A stretch of DNA of 42,704 bases from Candidatus Micrarchaeota archaeon (GTDB lineage: Archaea; Micrarchaeota; Micrarchaeia; Norongarragalinales; SBBD01), in the NCBI GenBank assembly GCA_043813365.1, contig JBDRLB010000052.1, positions 1 to 42,704 on the forward strand. Reading direction: 5' to 3'. Positions 8,095 to 16,319 of this stretch are shown here, in pieces (position 1 is the first letter of the stretch; every line of letters begins with the position of its first letter). The translations under genes were made by a program, and so were the position numbers. Below the pieces are notes generated by a model. That model saw only the letters and a list, made by a program, of their open reading frames with translations, did no database searches and was not told where the DNA came from.

Positions 8095-8421
8095 TCAACA
8101 ATCAGAGCTGTAGAATTCCTCGCGGAACGATATGGGGAAGAGCGAATAATACCTCCTCAGCGTTTTCGTGCAGTACGTGTTGGCTCCGGGCTGCGGGGTA
8201 TATCGCATGGAAATGTCCATTTCTATGAAAAATTTGCCTTCCTTCTCCTCGTATTTAACTAGCTTGTATGCGGCTTTTTCCCCGTAAGTTGTTTTCGCAT
8301 CCTCCAGTATGAACCGCTCGACAGTTTCCCTGTCGAGCTGGGTTCCGGACTGCCTCGGTATCAGCGAATTGAATAGCAACGCAAACAGCAGCACTGCTAC
8401 CAAAACAGCAATCTGGCGCAT
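8095..8421 (-). CDS. Hypothetical secreted or membrane-anchored protein
   Basis: N-terminal signal/TM segment, two Cys, and its own BRE-TATA about 30 nt upstream. Confidence 0.7.
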   Translation of the reverse strand: MRQIAVLVAVLLFALLFNSLIPRQSGTQLDRETVERFILEDAKTTYGEKAAYKLVKYEEKEGKFFIEMDISMRYTPQPGANTYCTKTLRRYYSLFPISFREEFYSSDC

Positions 8422-8450
8422 TTTTCCCCCCTAAGTAGTAACCGGCGAGT

Positions 8451-8466
8451 TTATTTAAAGGTTTTC
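8451..8466 (-). promoter_or_regulatory. BRE-TATA promoter (GAAAACCTTTAAATAA on the minus strand)
   Basis: Archaeal consensus about 30 nt upstream of ATG 8421. Confidence 0.65.
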
Positions 8467-8606
8467 AGGCGTTGCCTTTGAAACTACTGGCGGAATATTC
8501 CCGGAATCACCGGACGCCGGCGTCCAGGGTCGGTTACACTTTGATAACAATACTAACAGCTGGAGCTGCGATTTATCATTACAAGAAAAGGGCGGCGGTG
8601 TAAAGC

Positions 8607-8618
8607 AAAGGTTTATAT
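8607..8618 (+). promoter_or_regulatory. BRE-TATA promoter (AAAGGTTTATAT) for the AAA ATPase
   Basis: Consensus-like element 38 nt upstream of GTG 8657. Confidence 0.55.
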
Positions 8619-8656
8619 TTATTGTTAATGTAGATTAACATTAATTCTACTTTGCG

Positions 8657-9913
8657 GTGATCGACATTAACGAAAAAATTAGGCGGCTCCTGCTCATATA
8701 CAACCCATTCTGGAAAAGCCCACTTGAATTGAAGTATAAGGAGAGGCGGATTTACCGGGAAATCAAGGATCGCCTTTTGGATAAGCAGGTAATTTCCCTC
8801 TGCGGCCTGCGCAGGGTAGGCAAAACGATGATCCTTCGGAAGATAATTTCGGAGCTTATCTCCGGGCATGGGGCGGATTCGGTTTTATATTTCTCCTTTG
8901 ATGATTTCTCGCAGCTCGAATTATACGAAATCATCGACGAATTCGAATCAATCCATGGCCATCCTCCCCGCTTCCTGGTTTTTGACGAGGTGCAAAAGCT
9001 TGCGAACTGGGCCGAGAAGGTCAAGATCCTTTATGATGCCGGCAAATACAAGATCTTCGTTTCAGGCTCGGACTCGCTCTTCCTTAGGAAAGGCAGCAGG
9101 GAAAGCTTGGCAGGAAGGATATTGGAATATGAAGTGGCCCGGCTCAGCTTTTCCGAATACCTCGATTTTGTTGAAAAGGGCCAATTGGCCAAAAAACCTC
9201 TCTTGTACCAAAAGGAATTGGAAAAGGAGTTTGAGAAATATCTCTTCACCGCAGGCTTCCCGGAACTCGTCGGCGACACAAGGGCCGATTTTGTGCGCCA
9301 ATACATCCAAACCGCCATCCTTGAGAAAATCCTATTCATCGATATGCCCCGCATTTACCCGATCGACGACCCCCAGCAATTGAAATCCATTCTAGAGATA
9401 TTGGCCGATAGGCCCGGGATGATTGTCGACGTCACGTCCTTTTCAAGGGAACTTGGGATCTCACGGCAGACGCTTTCAAAATACCTCGGATGCCTTGAGA
9501 TGGCGCACCTGGTCATAAAACTGTACAATTATTCGCGGAACAAGAGCACTTCGGAAAAACGGCTCAAAAAATATTACCCGAACTTCCTATCCCCTGCATT
9601 GCTGGAAGGGAAGGATGGGGCGTATTATGCCCAACTGGTGGAAAGTTGCTGCGCGATAAACACCAAAGCAGGGTTTTTCTGGCGCGATAAATACAAAAAC
9701 GAAGTCGACCTGGTTTTGCAGGAGAGAGGGGAAACCATTCCGGTTGAGGTGAAATTTTCACGTTCGCATATTGATGCCCCCGGAATATCGAAATTCGCAG
9801 CAAAATTCAAATGCAAGCAGGGCTACGTCCTGACGAGGGATATGCATAAGATGGGCAAATCGGGATTGGAAATCGAATGGCTGCCCGTGTTTGAATTTTT
9901 ATTGAAATACTAG
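8657..9913 (+). CDS. AAA+ ATPase, AAA_14 family with C-terminal DUF4143
   Basis: YNPFW, Walker A GLRRVGKT, Walker B LVFDEVQ, VSGS, ESLAGR, AGFPE, HTH-like region (ELGISRQT) and EVDLV...PVEVK end. Confidence 0.9.
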   Translation: MIDINEKIRRLLLIYNPFWKSPLELKYKERRIYREIKDRLLDKQVISLCGLRRVGKTMILRKIISELISGHGADSVLYFSFDDFSQLELYEIIDEFESIHGHPPRFLVFDEVQKLANWAEKVKILYDAGKYKIFVSGSDSLFLRKGSRESLAGRILEYEVARLSFSEYLDFVEKGQLAKKPLLYQKELEKEFEKYLFTAGFPELVGDTRADFVRQYIQTAILEKILFIDMPRIYPIDDPQQLKSILEILADRPGMIVDVTSFSRELGISRQTLSKYLGCLEMAHLVIKLYNYSRNKSTSEKRLKKYYPNFLSPALLEGKDGAYYAQLVESCCAINTKAGFFWRDKYKNEVDLVLQERGETIPVEVKFSRSHIDAPGISKFAAKFKCKQGYVLTRDMHKMGKSGLEIEWLPVFEFLLKY

Positions 9914-10123
9914 TTTTCGTGTGCGGCAGGGTTCATGCGTACCGGAAAAGCTCCTCAACGATACCATACGCCCATGACTATATGCGCCAGCCCAAACCTT
10001 TTCATGAAGCCGCATTTTTTTATACGGTTGCCTGCCGTTAGCAATAAAATCCAAATGGGTCTGTGAGCGACTTTTCAAAAGATCATCGAAATAATATATA
10101 TATATGGAGGGATTAACCCTATC

Positions 10124-12955
10124 GTGATCCTTATGCTGAAGAATGCCTTAATCTTGCTGCTGTTTTCCGCCCTGTTCGCAAACGCGGCTACCTACTATGT
10201 CGACAAGGATTCCCGCGGCGGGCCTTGCAGCGATTCCAATGCCGGAACATCGCTTTCCTCGCCCTTGTGCACAATCCACCGCAGCATTGCGGTTGTCCAG
10301 TCTGGAGATACCGTTTACGTGCGATTCGGCACTTATAATGAGATTTCAAACATCCTCAACCCCAGTGGTTCAGTTGATGTAGGGACGCTTTACATAACAA
10401 AATCCGGCTTGCCTGGCAGGCCATTGACTTTCAAGGGATATCCGGGCGAACCCAAGCCGATCATAACTGGCTACATAAACGGCCAGCCCTACATGGCTCT
10501 TGGCGCGCATCCGCAGGGCCAAAGCAACATCGTGATCGAAGGATTCGAGTTTACAAAATTGTACATGGGCGTGTGGTTCAGTGTCGGCCATAATATCACC
10601 ATCAGAAATAACTTATTTCATGACAACAAAGGCAACAGGAACAACAATAATTTCGGGGCAGTTGCGATATTTTTCAATGGTGACGGCGAGGCAACCGGCA
10701 TTGTGATCGACAACAATACCATGTACGACAATATCGACGGTTCAGGAAGCTGGAACAGCGGCGGAATCTGGGTTTACAGCTGCAATGATTGCACGTATTC
10801 AAATAACGATATTTCCCTCTCGCCAAACGGGATAAAGCTGAAAGGCGAGCCATATGACAGCAGCCACAACGGAATGATCAGCAACAACCTGATTTATGGC
10901 AATGTCATCCATGATGTTTACGATATTGGCATCGGAGTTGTCGGCGAAAGAGGTACCCCCACAAGGCTTGTAAATGTAACTGTATATGGGAACATAGTCT
11001 ACAATGCTTCGGGAAACGGATACGATGTGGGTTTCGGTCCGACCATTCCGTTCCAAAGCATACATTTCTACAACAATATAGCGGACAATAACGGGATAGG
11101 TTTCCTTCATGGGTTTGCCGCCGACGACACTAGGGTCATTAATAATATTTTATACAATTCCGGAGAAGGCATGTGCGCGCCTTCCGGCGGGTATTACCGC
11201 AACGATTTTTCACTCAGGACGAATCCGGACTATAATTTGACTATTACAAACATGGTTGAAAATTACAACTTGATCTACAGAAACGGCGACACCCCTTCCA
11301 GCATCCTATACTGCTGGTATGTGCCATATACCCTTGCAGGCTGGAGGACTTATTGGCAATCGCAGGGCAGCAGCAATGGGAGGAACACAATAAATTCGGA
11401 TCCACAATTCGTCGATGCCGCAAATCACAATTATTATTTAAAATCCACAAGCCCTGCGATTGACGCCGGAGTTTACCTCCCCGGCTTTCACTGCGCCCGC
11501 GCTGACAATAATCCCACTAATCCTTACCCTGCCAGCGACGCTTCATGCAGGCACTGGTGCGGCAACGCTCCTGACATTGGAGCATACGAAAACTGCGGAA
11601 CATATATCCCCACCCCTAGTCCATCCGCCTCTCCTTCCCCAAGCATTACTCCGAGTGCTTCGCCTTCAACTTCTCCCAGCCCGTCTGCTTTCCCTTCAGC
11701 AAGCACATCCCCAACTCCTTCAACCTGCGCCCCGACAATTTCCGTTGACAGCACCTATTCTGGTTATTCATCATCAGTAATTGACGACGGAATAATCAAT
11801 GCAAACGGCGGAACTTCGACCACATGGGCTTCGGCTGAAAGCACAACCGCACCGCATTGGGTTGAGAAAACCCATTGTAGCCCGGTTTCCATCAATAACG
11901 CAACTATTTGGTGGGCATACAACCAATACAACAACCATTATACGACGGCACAAGAGCTGCAGGTACAGTATTTCGATGGCTCAGCCTGGCAAACGGCCGC
12001 AACAGTTCCCTACCCCGGAGCTGACCAGTTGATTTCAACGGTTGCATTGTTTTCCCCAATTTCCGCAACAAGATGGCGATTGTATCAGCCCGCAAACCGG
12101 GGCGCTGCCACTTACACTTCTGTGATGTGGCTGACGGAAATTGAATTCAAAACAGCATCTGGCGTTTCGCCTTCCCCCTCGATCGAAGCCTCTCCCTCAG
12201 TTTCGCCCTCACCAATCCCCTGCTCCGAGAACTGGAGCTGCACAAATTGGGGCGCCTGCGAGAACAGCAACCAAGCCCGTGCCTGCTTGGATTTGAACTC
12301 CTGCGGAACAACAACCACCAAACCGGCTGAAATCCAAAGTTGCACAATGCCCTCGCCTTCCCCCTCAATAAACGCGTCCGGCTCCCCCTCTCCATCCGCT
12401 TCAACTTCCCCCAACGCTTCCGCTTCCCCATCTCCTTGCATTGAAAGCTGGAGCTGCACCGGCTTCAACGCTTGTTCAGCTGGTTTGCAAAGCCGCTTAT
12501 GCACCGATGCAAACAGCTGCGGAACAACCTCTTCAATGCCTTCCCTTACGCAAAGCTGCACCGGCGGAGGCGGCAATGTATACTATCCTCCTTCTACTAC
12601 CCAACCCCCAACAAATACGCCAAATCCGTCCCCTAAATTAACACCTACGCCGACTCCTTTGCCGGTTTCCGTTCAAGCAGTGCAAATCCAGCAGGAAATC
12701 AACGAATACATCAACCTGATTCCAGAGCAGGATAAGCTGGATATTCAGCAGTTGGTGCAGCAAGCAGAAATGCTGCAGAAGCAGGGCAAAACCGAACAGG
12801 CGCTGGTACTGCTGAAGCAGGCGAGAACAAAACTAAACCAAACAATTGCGGATTCGAAAAGCAAGAAAGCTGGAACTGACTGGATACTGGGGGCGCTGGT
12901 TGCAATAATCATTCTGGCAGTAGGGACATATTATTTCAGGAAAAAATCAATTTAA
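10124..12955 (+). CDS. Membrane-anchored surface protein: right-handed beta-helix, Ser/Pro linkers, discoidin/F5/8C-like module, two Cys-rich repeats, C-terminal TM
   Basis: Signal peptide (ANA/ATYYV), SDSNAGTS..SP..TI...GDTVYVR.GTY cap, Asn-rich beta-helix coils, LKSTSPAIDAG and PDIGAYE, C-terminal hydrophobic helix plus RKK. Start is GTG 10124 or ATG 10133. Confidence 0.85.
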   Translation: MILMLKNALILLLFSALFANAATYYVDKDSRGGPCSDSNAGTSLSSPLCTIHRSIAVVQSGDTVYVRFGTYNEISNILNPSGSVDVGTLYITKSGLPGRPLTFKGYPGEPKPIITGYINGQPYMALGAHPQGQSNIVIEGFEFTKLYMGVWFSVGHNITIRNNLFHDNKGNRNNNNFGAVAIFFNGDGEATGIVIDNNTMYDNIDGSGSWNSGGIWVYSCNDCTYSNNDISLSPNGIKLKGEPYDSSHNGMISNNLIYGNVIHDVYDIGIGVVGERGTPTRLVNVTVYGNIVYNASGNGYDVGFGPTIPFQSIHFYNNIADNNGIGFLHGFAADDTRVINNILYNSGEGMCAPSGGYYRNDFSLRTNPDYNLTITNMVENYNLIYRNGDTPSSILYCWYVPYTLAGWRTYWQSQGSSNGRNTINSDPQFVDAANHNYYLKSTSPAIDAGVYLPGFHCARADNNPTNPYPASDASCRHWCGNAPDIGAYENCGTYIPTPSPSASPSPSITPSASPSTSPSPSAFPSASTSPTPSTCAPTISVDSTYSGYSSSVIDDGIINANGGTSTTWASAESTTAPHWVEKTHCSPVSINNATIWWAYNQYNNHYTTAQELQVQYFDGSAWQTAATVPYPGADQLISTVALFSPISATRWRLYQPANRGAATYTSVMWLTEIEFKTASGVSPSPSIEASPSVSPSPIPCSENWSCTNWGACENSNQARACLDLNSCGTTTTKPAEIQSCTMPSPSPSINASGSPSPSASTSPNASASPSPCIESWSCTGFNACSAGLQSRLCTDANSCGTTSSMPSLTQSCTGGGGNVYYPPSTTQPPTNTPNPSPKLTPTPTPLPVSVQAVQIQQEINEYINLIPEQDKLDIQQLVQQAEMLQKQGKTEQALVLLKQARTKLNQTIADSKSKKAGTDWILGALVAIIILAVGTYYFRKKSI
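12221..12559 (+). repeat. Two 41-aa six-Cys repeats (CxExWSCTx[WF]xAC...Q.R.C.D.NSCGTT...P...QSC)
   Basis: Copies at 12221-12343 and 12437-12559, separated by a Ser/Pro linker. Confidence 0.85.
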
Positions 12956-12962
12956 AGGCTCA

Positions 12963-13625
12963 TTAACAATACACGCCAAGGGAGTAGTTGTAAACACTTG
13001 CATTTATTCCCTGCCAGACTAGCCTTATTACAAATACGTCGTCCATTGGCGGATTTCCGGCTTCAATCCTTGTTTTTGTTAAATCCGCATCGAAGCTGAA
13101 GTTCAACATGCCAAAATGCCTGACGTTTGCTGAAGATGCGTTCAATAGAATTGTGCCGTTGATGCGTTTTGTTATATTGACAAATAGTTTGGCATTCCAT
13201 TCGTCATCGTAAAATTCGTTGAAAGGATACCATGGAATCCCGTTCCAGAAGCCATATGGAGAGGTTGTTGCGTTCGCGCATAGAAAATTGGCAACTGTTG
13301 CATTCGCTAGGATATTGTCAGAAAATGCCAGCGCCATTTTTCCAGAATAATTTGCAAGAGTGGCGTAAAGGCGGTCGCAATAATCGTCTGCAAAAGTGGT
13401 TGCATCGCATCCCCACATGGCGTATCCGGCATCAACTGCGGCATCGACAATTGTCTTGTTAACTGTTTCCCTCATGTCCTCCATCCTCTCCGCAACCCTC
13501 CTGACTTCCAAATCCTTTTCAGCAGCATACCTGAAGTCCTTGAATATCACCAGATAGGAAGCGGCAACGAATAGCACCAATGCTACTAAAGTAATTGCAA
13601 CGAATGAGAAGAATCCCTTTTTCAT
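12963..13625 (-). CDS. Class III signal-peptide (pilin-like) protein
   Basis: MKKG/FFSF plus hydrophobic helix; many N-x-S/T sequons; start ATG 13625 overlaps the upstream stop (ATGA). Confidence 0.75.
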   Translation of the reverse strand: MKKGFFSFVAITLVALVLFVAASYLVIFKDFRYAAEKDLEVRRVAERMEDMRETVNKTIVDAAVDAGYAMWGCDATTFADDYCDRLYATLANYSGKMALAFSDNILANATVANFLCANATTSPYGFWNGIPWYPFNEFYDDEWNAKLFVNITKRINGTILLNASSANVRHFGMLNFSFDADLTKTRIEAGNPPMDDVFVIRLVWQGINASVYNYSLGVYC

Positions 13626-14641
13626 GATATCCACGCCTCTTTCATCGAGTAGTTCAGACTGTCCTGGTTCTTCAGGCAATAATCAAGGCGGTTGACCCCG
13701 CAATTATCCTTGCATCTGCACGGAGCAGGGTATTTGTAAAGCACACTCCTGAAACGGTCCGGTATGCTCTTGAATACTCCATGCACACCGACGTCATCGA
13801 TGAACGTGGTATTGTGGCCGCCTACAAATGAGGTCTCGAGAGCGAAGAAGCCGGAGGAATAAGTCGAATCAATAGCGGAAATGCTGACCTCGTAAGTGGA
13901 GCTCGAATACTTGAAAATTGTGCAATTGATGAGATTGCCGGAAAAACTAAGATTGATATGGTAGCGGAAATAGTATGAAGTATCGGCATGATGATAACCA
14001 AAAGGCGGGGATGAAACAAGCGTATTTGGCGCACCCCTATCCATGGACGAGGCCCAATCATCTAGCCGGATGATGGACGCATTAACACCCGCCGCCCAAA
14101 TGTTCTGCAGCACGCACGCATACCTTCCGCCTGCTGAATTTGCGCGGCCGCTAAGGCCAAAGATCATGGATCCGCCAGGAAAATTAAAAATACTCGTTGC
14201 AAGCGGGCTGAATTTTGCTTCGACCCAGTAATCATCGCCTTCAAATCCGCGCAGTATTGATCGGTAATAGGCCGGGGTTGCAGATGTGTTGGTAATGTTC
14301 ATGTACCCCCAATTGCCGGCACCGCCTTCTTTCGGGTCCCATTGCCAGTTGCCGCTTAAGGGAACGAATTCGGCAACATCCTGCGGCGTATTGAATGGGA
14401 AATAATAATCCCCGATCATTGCGGTCAGGTTATGGCCGGTGTAGGAACGGAAATCGTCAGAATGAAGGATGATATCGTCCTTGAAATTGACGCGCAGGAA
14501 ATCCCTGGCTTGGCTTTCCATCGCACCGTATTTCTGGGTTTCGAAATGAGCATTGGAGAGCACCATGTACGCAAGCGCTAAAAGGGAAAGCGCCGCTAGC
14601 GAATACATCGCATCAATTGTGAAAACAAATGCCTTTCTCAT
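13622..14641 (-). CDS. Class III signal-peptide (pilin-like) protein with a ConA-like beta-sandwich domain
   Basis: MRKA/FVFTIDA plus hydrophobic helix; ATGA overlap with the upstream gene supports ATG 14641; DSTYSSGFFAL...FIDDV pattern. Confidence 0.75.
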   Translation of the reverse strand: MRKAFVFTIDAMYSLAALSLLALAYMVLSNAHFETQKYGAMESQARDFLRVNFKDDIILHSDDFRSYTGHNLTAMIGDYYFPFNTPQDVAEFVPLSGNWQWDPKEGGAGNWGYMNITNTSATPAYYRSILRGFEGDDYWVEAKFSPLATSIFNFPGGSMIFGLSGRANSAGGRYACVLQNIWAAGVNASIIRLDDWASSMDRGAPNTLVSSPPFGYHHADTSYYFRYHINLSFSGNLINCTIFKYSSSTYEVSISAIDSTYSSGFFALETSFVGGHNTTFIDDVGVHGVFKSIPDRFRSVLYKYPAPCRCKDNCGVNRLDYCLKNQDSLNYSMKEAWIS

Positions 14642-14991
14642 GAGCAGCTTTTCACCGTAAGGGAGCAATGGCTCCTTGTTGTACCAGCGATGCACGTAAG
14701 CACCCGCGTTGCCGCAAACGTATGCTTGGGGCAAACAAGGGTAAAGTAATTGGCGGACTGCGAGCCGTTTGAATACAAATACGCCCAGCTAGAGGTCGGC
14801 GCGCTGAATCCTTGCGAAGGCGTAATTAAATTCTGCGCAAGAACATCCGCGTAATTGCTGGAGGAGGTTTCAATCAAAAGCGCCCTCTTCTGCATGTTGT
14901 CCATTGTTTGCACGCTTATTCCTATGACTACGGTCAGCACTGCCATCGCTATCACGAAATCTATGCTGAATATCTGCCCTTTCAATTGCAT
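14638..14991 (-). CDS. Class III signal-peptide (pilin-like) protein
   Basis: KG/QIFSIDF plus hydrophobic helix; four C-terminal Cys. Confidence 0.78.
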   Translation of the reverse strand: MQLKGQIFSIDFVIAMAVLTVVIGISVQTMDNMQKRALLIETSSSNYADVLAQNLITPSQGFSAPTSSWAYLYSNGSQSANYFTLVCPKHTFAATRVLTCIAGTTRSHCSLTVKSCS

Positions 14992-15461
14992 GCACCCGTA
15001 TCGATATGCACCCTTATCCCGTCAGGCACATCGTTCCTCTTGTAAATGCAGAGCTTGTCGAACGTGCCGCAGCGCGTCAGGTTCGCATTCGGCACCAATT
15101 TGCAGGAAGTGTTGTAGCTCGTGGAGGTATTCGTGGTATCGCTCCAAATGAGCAGATTGTAAGGGTCATTTGGCGCTACGGAAATATTGTAGAAGTAATC
15201 CACCTGCCTCGACTGCAAGCAGGGGGCTTGCATTTCAACCCTCATGCCATGCATGCCAGCAGCAGGGTTCCCGCCGTAAACGCATACATCGTTGATAATC
15301 CTCCCCAGGTCGCGCGTGATCACATTCTGGCTTGAATGCGCCGCAATGCTGTCCGACTCTGAGGAAAACATCTCCAAATACGAAACCAGCCAGAATACGA
15401 GAAGGATCGCAAATGTGAACGCGAAGAACATCTCTACCGCAAACTGGCCGCGAAGCTGCAT
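14982..15461 (-). CDS. Class III signal-peptide (pilin-like) protein
   Basis: RG/QFAVEM (Q+1, E+5) plus hydrophobic helix; six Cys; first gene of an overlapping 4-gene unit. Confidence 0.8.
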   Translation of the reverse strand: MQLRGQFAVEMFFAFTFAILLVFWLVSYLEMFSSESDSIAAHSSQNVITRDLGRIINDVCVYGGNPAAGMHGMRVEMQAPCLQSRQVDYFYNISVAPNDPYNLLIWSDTTNTSTSYNTSCKLVPNANLTRCGTFDKLCIYKRNDVPDGIRVHIDTGACN

Positions 15462-15489
15462 AAGTACCGATCGGATTACGCGTCCCGCG

Positions 15490-15502
15490 TTTTAAATAGT
15501 TT
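15490..15502 (-). promoter_or_regulatory. BRE-TATA promoter of the pilin-like operon (AAACTATTTAAAA on the minus strand)
   Basis: About 29 nt upstream of ATG 15461. Confidence 0.6.
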
Positions 15503-15519
15503 GTGAAACGGGGAGAGGG

Positions 15520-15825
15520 TTAACGCGCATCCCTTTTGCGTTCGGCCTTTTCTTTCTTCCCAACTAGTTCTATGAGTCCGTCAATGCGCTTCTCGAACTC
15601 CTCCTTGTCGAGCTTCTGCCCTACCGCCTTGTGCAAATCGATCATCTCCCTCCTTATGGAAACCGCGCGGCCTTCCAAACTGGAAACTTTGGAATCCAGC
15701 ATCTTGCTCCTCTGTATTATCGAGTGCTTGAGATCGTAGGCAAGCTTCACCATCCAAAGGAGTGCGGCAAGCACAACCAATAGCAATGCAACTGAAGAAT
15801 CGCTGAACCCCTCGACTATTGCCAT
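15520..15825 (-). CDS. Hypothetical single-TM coiled-coil protein
   Basis: N-terminal TM followed by a heptad-like charged region; ATG 15825 with GTGAT SD-like motif, 1 nt after the upstream stop. Confidence 0.7.
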   Translation of the reverse strand: MAIVEGFSDSSVALLLVVLAALLWMVKLAYDLKHSIIQRSKMLDSKVSSLEGRAVSIRREMIDLHKAVGQKLDKEEFEKRIDGLIELVGKKEKAERKRDAR

Positions 15826-15826
15826 A

Positions 15827-16144
15827 TCAATCACTTTGCTTAGCTGCAACGGTTATCCTGATGCGGCTCCTTGCAGGCGCGCTTTCCTTCTTGTAATCTG
15901 AAAACGCGCTGCTGATGTGCATCAGCGCCCATTGCTGCTCAATTTTGTTTCCTGCGAGCTTCTCCAGGTGCACCTTGTCCTCGTTTATATGCGAGAGGTA
16001 CATTGCAACATCGTTCGCCTTCCTCTCGAGGCGGGAGTATTTTGAATTGAACACCTTCGCGGACCTCTTTACGAGTATGCCGAAAAGGATTGTCGCCACA
16101 AGCAGCCCACCTGCAGCTAAGTATATTTCGAAATCCGAGCCCAT
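15827..16144 (-). CDS. Hypothetical single-TM protein
   Basis: N-terminal hydrophobic helix, helical basic remainder; abuts the next gene. Confidence 0.65.
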   Translation of the reverse strand: MGSDFEIYLAAGGLLVATILFGILVKRSAKVFNSKYSRLERKANDVAMYLSHINEDKVHLEKLAGNKIEQQWALMHISSAFSDYKKESAPARSRIRITVAAKQSD

Positions 16145-16319
16145 AAGCAGTTTACACTCTTCCCGAGTTTTTTAATCTTTCTATGGAAAAAACAGAAAAT
16201 GGCGGCGGTTGGGGGAAAGGGATTGCATGGAAGGCGTTTCAGTTTAACAGGCATAGTTTGGCGCACTTCGGGTCAGCACAACCTTTTTGAATTGCGCCTT
16301 CGTGAGGTTAGTGAACCCT

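Noticed and set aside
9914..10090. Short minus-strand ORF (MKRFGLAHIVMGVWYR) in the intergenic gap
   Set aside because: Only 16 codons with no recognisable motif.
10091..10105. (TA)n run as a microsatellite or phase-variation tract
   Set aside because: It is short and positioned as the TATA box of the 10124/10133 gene; there is no evidence of length variation.
11610..11722. Ser/Pro and Gly/Thr repetitive DNA (also 29460-29645) as CRISPR or VNTR
   Set aside because: These are degenerate codon-level repeats encoding linkers, with no fixed repeat-spacer structure.
8422..12960. AAA ATPase plus beta-helix gene as a mobile island
   Set aside because: No integrase, transposase, tRNA or flanking direct repeats are visible, and I could not quantify a compositional shift.
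13626..14734. Upstream starts at 13679 and 14734 given by the ORF track
   Set aside because: ATGs at 13625 and 14641 give clean class III signal peptides and ATGA coupling.
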